From the NCBI GenBank assembly GCA_001567365.1, contig JZEL01000010.1, positions 15,030 to 79,029 on the forward strand: DNA of 64,000 nt. The letters are read 5' to 3'. Both the position numbers and the translations under genes were made by a program. The stretch comes from Parcubacteria bacterium OLB19. Lineage in GTDB: Bacteria; Patescibacteriota; Minisyncoccia; Phycocordibacterales; UBA918. Below are positions 50,101 through 58,300 of this stretch, piece after piece (within the stretch, counting starts at the first letter, position 1; each line of letters opens with the position of its first letter). Below the pieces are notes generated by a model. The model was not told the origin of the DNA and did not search any database. It was given only the letters and a program-made list of their open reading frames with translations.

Positions 50101-52374
50101 AATACTTAAAGTAGAAGTACCTCTAGCCAATGTTCCGTAACTAACAACCAATGAACCTTCTGTAGCAACAGATTTATTAGGAGTCCATGTCGCTCCACCA
50201 CTTGTTTCACCAAAAGTAAGGTTATAGAAATTAAGTGATGAAGTAGACGTTTGTAGAGTTAAGCTAGAAGTGGTAGCTGTAAATATAATAGTTGAGGCTC
50301 CAACTGTAAAAGTACCATCTTGTCTCCAATTACCAGAAACACGAAGCGTATTGGTTGCTGGTGTAAAAGTACCATAGTTTTCAAAGTTTATAACAACACC
50401 GTTTGTATTTGGCTGATATGTGGTGCCAGATAAAATTCTAAACTTAGCATCTGTACAAGCACTCTCAGCACACAAAGTCAAAACATTACTACCATCAACA
50501 CTAAAGAATAAATCTTCACCATTACCGTTATCGTAATAATTCAAATCTGAGTTTGTAAGAGTTGGTGCATCACCAGAACCTAAAGTTAGATTTCGCTTAG
50601 CTAATTGCATAGCAGAAATGTTTCCGTTTCCGTCATATTTAGTTATCGCCACAGACTCATCCGTATCTGAAGCTCCAGTGATAAACACGGTAATAATATC
50701 GTCCTCAAACATGGTTACATTTGGTATAGACCAACTTCCGTCACCACCAATAGATGCTGTTTTTCCGGTTTGAATAACACCATTTACAGCAATAGCTACT
50801 GTACCGCTATTGATAGTTGTACTGGCATCATATTCGTAAGCCGTACCAGACACAGTAATACCCTCAGACCAAGCTACTGACCAATCTTCAAGCGTTGGGC
50901 AATCACCAGCTACACAGTTAAATTGTGCATCTAAAGCCAAGGTGTTGTATACAGTTTTGTCGAGTTCTGATAGATCAATCGGACTGGTTGTAAAACCTGA
51001 ACTATTACCTGCCAAAGCACTGTCTGGCACTAAGGCATATTCAGAAGTAGAAGCTAGATAGTAGAGTCGATATTCAACATAGCTAGTTCCAGAAGTGGTA
51101 TCGTTCCAAGTCACAGCTTCCCAGCGTGGTCCAGAGCCATCATCGAAATCTATTGGTGTTGAACGAATTGAGCCTGAGATAAAATCTGGATATATGCGGG
51201 CCACCATATCTAAAGAACCATCAAATGGAGTTCCGGTTATCGATGGTGAAGAACTGATAGCTTGACGAGTCGACCAACTACTTCCATCCCAATTACTTAC
51301 ATCATAACGGTCGTTTACATCATCAAAGAAAGCAGTGTGTATTTTACCATCACCAGCTCTCACCGTAATAACTCGCCAAGAGTCTAAAATTGTGTCCAAT
51401 GTTAATTCACCGCCAAAAGTAGTAGTTGCAGCAGTTTGATAACGACCATTAGTACCATCAGAATACGTAGCTATAGTATAGCCATCGCGACCACTAGAAG
51501 TCTCGAATTCACAATCAACTGCATGACCAGCCTTACCATTACCAATTTGTTCTATTTCACTGTAAGCTGTCCAACTACTACCACCCCATTTTGCAACACC
51601 AATGTTTATATCATTATCAATGTAACAAAGTATAACCTCATCGGTTCCAACATCTCTTTTAAGGGTAGCCCATTCAATATGGTCACCAATCGCATAAGTC
51701 GAAGTTGACCAGGTAGCACCATTCCATGTTGCATACAGCAAAGTAGTAGCTAAGTTATTACTTAAAGCGACAATCGCTTGATTTCCAGATTCTTCATAAA
51801 CAGCTGCCGCTCCTGCATTAGCATCTTCATTCATATTACTTAGAGCCATAGCATTACCCCAAGCATTACCACTCCAAACCATGAGTTCATAATCTATAGC
51901 ACTGGTATTAGTATGCTTAAATACAGCCACAATTTCATCCGTGGTAGGATCGGATGCCAATTCCACATAAACACAATTGTTAGTATTGGCCAATGTGATT
52001 GATGATGTCGCAGACCATGAAGTACCATTCCAAATACTATAAACAGCATCATTCCCACTACAAGAAACAGCTAACAAATCACCCGAACTCATCTCGTAAG
52101 CTACATCAAAACCTCTTTGCAAAGTGTTTGGAATATTGTTATTTAATTCATTTACACTACCCCACGAGTCAGTTTCGGTGTTATAAATTTGCACGTTCAT
52201 ATCTGCATCAGTACCAACTGTAGCCAAGGCGTACTCAGGACGAGTAGGCGCAGCTTCTAGTTCCATCCAACGAATTTGAGCATCAACACTTTCAGCAGAG
52301 GCAGCTGTACTCCAACTAGTTCCATTCCATTTTCGATAGCGTGGTGCTTGATTTGTACCTTCACCATAAGCCAT
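41131..52374 (-). CDS. Giant Thr/Ser/Gly/Asn-rich surface protein (3747 aa) with no signal peptide of its own. It has an N-terminal propeller-like module, about three ~800-aa beta-helix-like super-repeats and a conserved C-terminal domain. Probably the downstream half of one ORF that is interrupted at 52374.
   Basis: It starts MAYGEGTNQAPRYRKWNGTSWS with no hydrophobic N-terminus. Repeated LTxxGxxTxxG beta-helix-like units are present. The blocks ...YSQDHAGVDGDLNIYG, ...YSQDHADVNGSLYIWG and ...YSQDHANVNGNLYVYG lie ~2.3-2.4 kb apart. The C-terminus is YWGIAVPFG...TGLNTFTAVGI. Confidence 0.7.
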   Translation of the reverse strand: MAYGEGTNQAPRYRKWNGTSWSTAASAESVDAQIRWMELEAAPTRPEYALATVGTDADMNVQIYNTETDSWGSVNELNNNIPNTLQRGFDVAYEMSSGDLLAVSCSGNDAVYSIWNGTSWSATSSITLANTNNCVYVELASDPTTDEIVAVFKHTNTSAIDYELMVWSGNAWGNAMALSNMNEDANAGAAAVYEESGNQAIVALSNNLATTLLYATWNGATWSTSTYAIGDHIEWATLKRDVGTDEVILCYIDNDINIGVAKWGGSSWTAYSEIEQIGNGKAGHAVDCEFETSSGRDGYTIATYSDGTNGRYQTAATTTFGGELTLDTILDSWRVITVRAGDGKIHTAFFDDVNDRYDVSNWDGSSWSTRQAISSSPSITGTPFDGSLDMVARIYPDFISGSIRSTPIDFDDGSGPRWEAVTWNDTTSGTSYVEYRLYYLASTSEYALVPDSALAGNSSGFTTSPIDLSELDKTVYNTLALDAQFNCVAGDCPTLEDWSVAWSEGITVSGTAYEYDASTTINSGTVAIAVNGVIQTGKTASIGGDGSWSIPNVTMFEDDIITVFITGASDTDESVAITKYDGNGNISAMQLAKRNLTLGSGDAPTLTNSDLNYYDNGNGEDLFFSVDGSNVLTLCAESACTDAKFRILSGTTYQPNTNGVVINFENYGTFTPATNTLRVSGNWRQDGTFTVGASTIIFTATTSSLTLQTSTSSLNFYNLTFGETSGGATWTPNKSVATEGSLVVSYGTLARGTSTLSIGGNLQLGSSGYTSGLATTTFNGSGSYTWSDAKATSSSSNVGYVVVDGTTKTITLGGNVAAQSVTIGADDTLNASGSGYNINVYGSWTNNNSFIPQTGTVTFVGTSSAAINRGSSAFNNLTFAGTGGTWSFTTATLALNGNLTIATGTVTLPTGTTTIAGSFLNTGGTFAHNNGEVRMTSTSAGRSVLQNGTAFLNAFYDLVFSGSGSWSYADTNATTSRTLRIQSGTVTLPSGQLTVAGDMNVTGSGAFSHNNGEVVLLIQNANEVRTNSSSFNNLRVYGESSTSTRTLSDTNVTVLGNLNLLGNGTTTFPSGILYIGGSLTNSANFNANNGTVRFNSTAGSETINAGNSPFVSLDFNSATGDFTITENATATGAVTLASVQQFTLGSGKTLSVSGSFTHTATGTNTTWTGSTLRLLNGGTITLNAKTHAGDSYGTLEAASSTLVKMWNSSADNYVTSGATGAIYSQDHAGVDGDLNIYGNYARTTGTEYWSVATDFDGVALTGANRQVDVKVASSSSISLTGASLSMIGTSTASSTISAISGTYTLTTTNSTLNNQYFTISGTDGYGLNLTSSTTLTTFSDGYLNVAPGLTGMTVDATTIDTNPSGQFYRIGFATTSSGTASNVTLSGTPSSYIWFRDGVGGIYGEAYDANDTDPGSVRFDDSSFIVTVSGTVYSDAGLTPMGAPVCDGSTANVRIVVDGGTYASSTSCNAGTGAYSFSNVAYIGDPRVVVYLDTNGGEKGSVVTKTLTGDVTDMDIYANRVILRHEDVDDLAIVDMSMYDHDDDTDISFTATLGSPNTLSTEANTELYVFASTTFTPNGNLTLGGNGNSNSYEGTLALATSSSFVAQGTESHTLSGRLVVGGNATFTTASSTFTFNATTTGKSITSVATTTFNNLVFSGTGGGWNIGANLTVHGDMQVASGTVTGTGNIVMTNGSISGNGVLSMGSGTVLLNKTNTLGGTSAWTFNNLVLGNGSIVGTTTPVSTATTSILGTLTISNAHFLDAGSSVWDLAGSGTVFTETGTLLEDTSTIRFSGAGANVPSTNYYNLILNAGAGSPTYTGTGSGILVLNDLTIGGSANSTFNVNTNDPTLEIRGDVLITSNGTLEASNSSNLTVLGDWTNGGIFTNNSGTVRFTGTGNTNINAGNSSFGTVLINGTGDFNVTNNATATTWRLQNHDDFTLSSGQTLAVGGQFENGLGGAKTTWTGSTLYLYGNSTYLINSSTTSDSYANLNVGAGTQIRMWSSDAAAYNVNSTGSLYSQDHADVNGSLYIWGQLLRTSGSDYWSYATDFDGTSLSGSERVANVYLASGASATWAGASLSVVGGSGATTTIQNQGSGTFGLTIGTSASTTWSRVQVRDVNSNGIVFSGTPTVNDFSYTDHLVAINSATAVTVGGTVIDANQAKNFTHNKFEAGGGVTGAINVTATGTSVSSWRFTNHIGNIAGEGFDSDPDGDPGYVVWDDSAALITIAGNVYSDEGSTVSGACDGATSNIRLVVAGLTMYDTTCNAGTGAYSISNIAFSPADTLTLYINGETEKAANVSVSPVSSIANMHLYENRVIVRHENTDPLTIDNMAVWDSSDDADIPFTAVSGSPDTLTLPANTKLLVWTGKTFEPNGNVTLSGGGAGGAQDGTLEVQSSGRFRAKTTETHSVGGSMIFGNSAELVSASSTFTLTTTGAGRTIDVNENSFHNLTLSGSGSWNITDTTLSVNGSYSQSSGSATLPTATTTIGGAFNVTGGSFTVNGSPIVFTSTGAGNTVRFNGSNVANLYFNGSGSFNMTDTNATATGQVMINSGTVTLPTGSLSIGSNFINTGGAITHNTSDLILTATSTATLHASSSDLYGVKFVGNGTFTISDVNLSLLESLTISTGTVIMATGTTSIGGSLLASSGVFTHSSGTVLLNSTTTGRTINVGNNAFYNLQIGAPAGGYTFESATTTNNFTIANVSSLTVQSGANITVGGVFTNSVGGANTTWTGSTLRLNYGSSFSVNGRTTTGDAYGTLIVGDNTDVRMWYSSASSTTVSSSGSLYSQDHANVNGNLYVYGDFSISTTTEYWNYATDFDGTSLFGSERQVNVYMATSATTTVNSGVLQILGGSGNVTNIQGQDNGNYTIKVLGGELNANQYAFYDLDINGLQLANISSITNLSDGYFDLAVDTGALITLSSTTLNANPSMIFDNVGFHATTGISGYNVSLVGETSNAWRFTNNYGNIGGEGFDIDGLDACGSVRFDDSSCLITEQTHYRWRNDDGGEGGVASEWYADTSFDLRKRIRVENNDNQTYASTSVKVTITYDSDMKSDFSDLRFTDDDGVTAIPFWVEKYTASTEADVWVLIPSLPANGQAVLQMYYGSTTASSISDGEQVFTAFDDFEDNDIAEYSGDTTLFNTVGTPVYGGSYSLKPTNTSGKTTDGIFRFDQTISQGEIIRYMQYVNTSGTSDEPCTLFGVQSPGTNNQNYAVCLEQFGTDRISLSRNVANNDTSGTVLATSTVTYSTGWYEVVVDWQTNDDIDVYLYNSSGSLVTSVSANDTNYTSGGYGYAFWYQNGTWDSFTSRPRVDTAPTIYVGSEQTTGGATWVAVQDTAGSADVGENVRLRVSIENSGLDITSQQFRLEYAAKDSAPSCGSVDAVNYATVPNQASCGTSPVCMATSSQIADDDATSDHLTDVSGEFVTGKMVESPSSETTATDVLQNYYTELEYVIKTTINADDSYCFRVTNAGTELDFYAEVAELSPRFIPVFGAVSLNGGQDISLTPGTTTEVYATGTVTDMNGYSDLAHATTTIYRSGVGPSCTPDNNNCYVLSTTNGACSFTDCSGNTCTLSCLADVYFHADATDADTYEGQEWLAYLEAEDQTDGYEFASAPGVELLTIRALEVDSLINYGSLLVESDTGSYNPTTTVTNLGNSPIDIDVEATDLSDGATSYIPADQQKLATSTFTYSACVSCYTLSSSTPTAIDLNLSKPTTVAPPVETEVYWGIAVPFGTSNSTHTGLNTFTAVGI
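43100..49200 (-). repeat. About three in-frame tandem super-repeats of ~2.3-2.4 kb each inside the 3747-aa CDS. Boundaries are approximate.
   Basis: Anchor motif YSQDHA is found at about 48700, 46310 and 44015 on the + coordinate scale. The flanking ~800-aa blocks align residue by residue (NNGTVRFNSTAGSETINAGNSPF... / NNSGTVRFTGTGNTNINAGNSSF... / SSGTVLLNSTTTGRTINVGNNAF...). Confidence 0.6.
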
Positions 52375-55300
52375 CAGACTTCGGTTATTGTGGTGGTAAT
52401 TTGTGCTCCACCGGCGGAAGTTTCGATATCTGTTAAGGTGTCAGTATCAAATTGTTCGCCAGTAGTTTGGTGCCATGTAGATACAGTAATTGCAGTATCG
52501 ACAGTAAAACTTCTTTGATCTGAGTATTTAGACCAAATATTGTCCCCACCAGGATCTCTAGCTCGCACTCGCCACCAGTAAGTATTTCCGTTAGTCAAAG
52601 CTGCTTGGGCTGTATAACTAACAGTGTTGCCAGAAATAAATGGTGAAATATCAGTACTAGAAGCAGTGTTTGCAAAACCAGCATTCGTACCAGATGTAAA
52701 TGTAGAAGATGACGTAAAATCATAGGTGCTAGATATTTGTAATTGGTACTGAATATCGTCACTTTCAGGGTCTGTAGTGTAAAAAGTAAAGGTTGGTGTC
52801 GTAGTAGCCACTTTAGCATTATCAAAATATTGAACTAAAGTTGGAACTTCAATCGTTTCATCCCAAGTTACAGTCCAATCCAGAAGTCTTGGTAAAGTGC
52901 TATTACCACTAAATACTGCCCTTATTCTAATTTCATTATAAGTCTCTGGATTAACTGTGCTTAGAGACACTGGCGATGATGTAAAACCGGTACTATTCCC
53001 AGACAAAGCACTATCTGGAATCAAAGAGTAATTTTCGCCTGACACACGATATTCAACATAATATCTAATACTACCGGAAGTTACATTATGAGTGAACAAT
53101 AAAGCCCCCCAAGCATTTCCAACCGTACCATCATCAAAATCAATCACAGATGAAGTAGTGGTACCGGCAGTAAAGCTTGAATCTATACCAACATCATTTG
53201 TACTAGTTGAATTGATTGTATCTAGAAGAGTATCAGTATTAAATTGATCACCTGTTGTTTGATACCAAGTAGAAATCAGAGTCCCAGTATCAATAGTAAA
53301 ACTCTCTGGTGTAGACCAATCTCCATACTCACCTGACCCTGATATATCTTGACCGCGTACTCGCCACCAATAAGTATTACCGTTAGTTAGACTAGTAGTT
53401 GGAGTATACTTAATTCTTTGTCCACTCGTAAACTCACTCTTCATATCGGGATCTAGAGTGTTTTCAAATAGAGTGAAGTTGGTCACCGAATCATTATCAA
53501 TCACAGTACTACCAAAATTAACATCAGTAGAAATTTGAATTTGGTAAGCAACATCATCACCTAATTCATCAATGGACGCGAACTCAAACCATGGCGTAGT
53601 TGAAGCTAGTTTTTCATTATCAAATGGAGCATAGAGATCCGGAGCTAAAGGTGGTGCATTCGTAATAAGTCTTGGGTAATTAGTATAAGTATTAAAAACA
53701 GAACCATCTGAATAAACCATTCGGAAACAGTAATTTGTACTACTGGTGGCATTATTATTTTGAATAGCAAAATCCCATTCAGTATCATCATCTACTGGCA
53801 AGGAATTTTGATTTTCTTCAGTTGGATTTATTTCCTCATAAGTTTCAAAAGTATCAGAATCAGTCAAAAGTGTTGACGTTAACGACAAACCATCACCTAT
53901 ATATTCCTCAGCCGAAACAGCGTAGAAACCGGTTGGATTTGATTGGTTATTAAACTCAGTAGCTATCCAACCGTTACTGCGACGCACATTAGAGAAGCGC
54001 AATTCATCAAGTCGACCGACAAATCCTTCAGTTGTTTCACCACCGAAGTTTTGCCAATCTGAAGTACCACTCTGAGCCACATCACTAAACAATCTTGTGG
54101 TTGTACCATTTATATGTATATCAACTTTATTACTACTATCACGCGTTAAAACTACATGATTCCATTGTGAGTGTGCTGGATAATCAACACTTGAATCAGA
54201 TGAAGAAATTACTCGAGCAAATAATTTTCCTGATGGTGAGCTCCAAGGTCCTAATTTTTCGTTAGCACCACTAGGTCCTGCAATAGCATATCCAGTAGAA
54301 GAAGAATACCACCACATCGATGCAGTAAATTCACCAGTATACGCCAGTGCAGTTTGGAACACACCACCGTCGTTACCATCAAGATCAATAGCATTACCAA
54401 TTTTTCCAACTATAACATCTCCAGACGTCATACCAGCACGAGCTACCGCATGATTAGCATTACTGGTACTGTCTCTAAATTGTGGACTAGATCCAGCTGG
54501 GTTATTACCCATTTGATAACGCAAAGAATAACCGTTCGTCCACACATTTCTCGAACCATAAGTAGCACTAACTGAATACCCTGACGCACTTGGATTGTCG
54601 TAATAAATATAATATTCCTTGTCTGTTGTTGATGATAAAGTAGCCTTAAAATGTAACTCTCCGGTTTCGCTACCAGTATTGATGAAAACTAATTCATAAG
54701 GTACCTCAGTCAAACCGTCATCTTGCGTGACACGAATATCATCGCCATCGCTTTGTACATTTTGGAAGAAAGTGGATGGTAAATCAGCTAAGTCAACATA
54801 AACTGGAAAATTAGTCACATCATCCTCCACCACATCGCTTTCTACTGTTATCTTAATGCGTTTACCCCATCCACTAGCAAGCCAATCACTACCGGCAATA
54901 GAATTTTCATGACCACGCCACACAGCTGTAGTAGATGCCGGATCACCAACATCATGCCATGTTAGCGATGGACTACAGTTTGAACCCTCTGCATATTGTA
55001 ATTTGAAGGCTTCGGAAAAAGCTGGCAATGTAACATTAGCTCCTTTAAGTGACATTCTCAGTCTAATCGCAGATCCTGAATTGATTGCATAAGATGAACT
55101 AATAGCCGTATTTTCAGCTATATCAATCACTCCAGATGGCCAAGGATCAGTTGGGGTTAGGAAACTTCCATTTACATACCAACGATAATTACTCTGTGTA
55201 ATTTTTGGTTCACGCATCCATGACAATGTCCAGTCATCCAAACTAGCAGATTGACTACCAACCGTAGTAATGGTTGCTTCAAGACAGATTTGATTGTAAG

Positions 55301-58300
55301 TACTGGTTGACAATCCGGTCAAATCAATCGGCGTGTCACTCACATCAAAACCAGTGCTGTTGCCAGACAACACACCATCAGGCACTAAAGTATCACAAGC
55401 TGTAGTACTTGAATATAAAACACTAACCTTTACATCTGTTCCTAAAGGTTCTGTAGTTGAAAAACTCACATCTCCCCAAGTTGGTTGATTTGGTACCCAA
55501 TCAAAATCAATTACTGGTGTTGTTACTACACCTTCAGAATACTGAAAACGTTTAGCCACCATGTCAAACATCTCATATGGCGCAGCTATAACTGAGGAAG
55601 GACTGGTTTCAATTGTATCTTTAGTTGACCAACTGGTACCATTCCAATACGCGGATTCAAGATCATCTGAAGTATCATCGAGAGTGACAGCCACCACTAC
55701 ACCATCATCTGCCCTTTCAGTCTGTACCCAGAATGAGTCTGATATTGTACTAACAGTAGCCTCAGTACTCCAACTGGTTGTAGTAGTACCGTGGCGATAT
55801 CTTGTGTCAGTAGTGTCACTATATATAACCATATGATAGTCAGTACGACCAACTACATCTTCGTAGGTACATTCAACTGGTCTACCAGTTGTGCCATTAG
55901 CAGTAGTTTCAACCTCTTGAAAAGTATTCCAAGCACCACCGTCCCATTCCAAAATTCCAATATCAGTACTTGCATCTACGTAGCATAGAAGTATTTTATC
56001 TGTATCTTTATCAGCCGTCATACGTCCAAACAGAAAATCATTACCTATAGCTTGTGTAGTATTTGGACTTAATTCTGTACCATCCCAAACAGTGTAAGCA
56101 ATACTATTAGCAGTACCATTACCTACCGCTATAACTGCCTGGTCACCAGAGCTTTCAAACATCACTGACATAGCCTCAACTCCAGCTGATGCTGGCGAAC
56201 CGATCACTCGACTATCCACCCAAGCTGTACCGTCCCAAACAAAGGTTTCATATTGAGTACCTGTGTCACGCACAATCAAAATAATTTCATCTGAAGCTGG
56301 GTTTGATGCAATCTCAAGCATATTACATGCGTTTGCCGAAGCAACGGTGATGCTAGTTGTTGCAGACCAACTAGTTCCATTCCAAATACTATAAACAGCA
56401 TCATTTCCATCACAAGATACAGCCATTGCATCTCCAGATAAACTTTCGTATGTTATTGCGATACCTCTATATGTGTTAGTAGTTAGTGCTGGCGATAAAA
56501 GCTTTTGATTACCCCAAGAACTACTAGAGGCACTAAAAATCTGTGCGTAAGCGTCATTACTTTGATCTAGAGTTATAAGTGCATATTCATCACGCGTAAC
56601 TCCTGAGGCTGTGCGCACCCAGTTTATGGTATTACTTACCGCAACAGCACTCCCTTCCACTCCCCAAGCTGAACCATTCCAAAGCCTGTATCTTGGTGAT
56701 GTGTTTGAACCCTCACCATAAACAATCAACATCTCTGTTGCCTCGGTTGCATCAACCTGCACCTTATCTGATGCATTCGATACTGTACCAACCAACGTAT
56801 CACCATCAAACTGATCACTGTATGTCTGATACCAGTTTGGTGCTTGAGCGGACATGTCGACAGTTAGACTTTGTGTTGTAGACCATTCTCCATACTCATT
56901 TGAACCACCAGTATCACGAGCCCGCACCCTCCAATAGTAAGTTTGTAAGTCTGTTAGAGCATCTGCTGATTGTAATTGATATCTAATTTTATTACCTTCA
57001 ACAAATGGTGACGTATCTGTACTTGAGGCTGTATTTGAAAATCCAGAGTGTGTACCTGAAACACGAGTAGTTGAGGCAGTAAAGCTAGAAGTGGTAGAAA
57101 TTGAGAATTGATATTGTATATCTGAAGTTCCATCCGGATCTGAGGCGGAAAAGTCAAAATACGGTGTAGTTGAAGCAAATCTAATATTATTGAAAGGCGC
57201 ATCATAAAGAGTTGGTGCCACAGGGCGCTCATTGAGTTGTGTTTTTTGCCACACCATCAGTAAAGCAGGCGTAGTATCATCCAATGTTCCAGCACCAGCC
57301 TCTTGTATTGAAGTAACGCTAATAATATCATTTGCACTTAGATTCTCTAACAGATACACTAACGAACCTGATGAATTAGTATGTCCGCTTTGGTTTCTTA
57401 TATAATGTGACTTTACTTGTGCTCCCGAAACCTCAGATCCGTTGACCAAGATTTTAACTGTAGTATTAGAACGATTAACAGTACCATTCAGCGCATCATT
57501 ATAAACAACAAAATAACTTCCTGCTTCATCTACCGTAATTTGATGACTATTGCTAGAGGTGGAATGTGTGAAAACTGAAGTATCATAAACTCTCTGCGTT
57601 GCCCACTGTACTGAACTCGCCGCTGCAGGATTCCAGTTCGTACCACTAACCAAACGCACGCCCTCAAGTACAATCATGTCACTTGTGGACAATTTCTCAA
57701 CAAAAATTGAACCTACAAAGCCGGTAGAAACAGTACTAGTACCAGCCGCCGCTTCACGTTCTGTCGTTATAGTCAAAACCTGATTAGTAGTAGTAGCCAC
57801 CACAATACCAGACCAATGTATTGAACTGTCACCATCATCTTCATTTGCAGTTGATTGAGTATAACCTTGAGCAAAAATACCACCGTTCACCTGAACCCCG
57901 TCTAACCTCACACGTCCAAGCACACTTTGTTGCGCTGTACCACCAGTTAAAGGAACATTAACTGTCACCATATAAGTACCAGCGTTAGCAATAATTATAT
58001 TTTCAGGATTTACTGAATCAGAATGAGTAAAACCAGAATCTTGACGAGTTTCAGTCCATTGCAAAGAATAAGCTGTGGTTTGATTTAAATTAGTAGAGTT
58101 TGTTGTTCTGGTGGTTGTAGCAGAAAAAACATCTCTGGTTGAAGCAATATATTCCATATACAAACCAGCTTTCCCTGTTACATTCACAACATCACCAGCA
58201 TCGATAGTGGTTAAACCTACAGTGTAAACTTCCACATAATCATTTGGTGAAATATCCTTAAGTAGAAAGGTTGTATGAGTAGAGGATTCACTATGACTAC

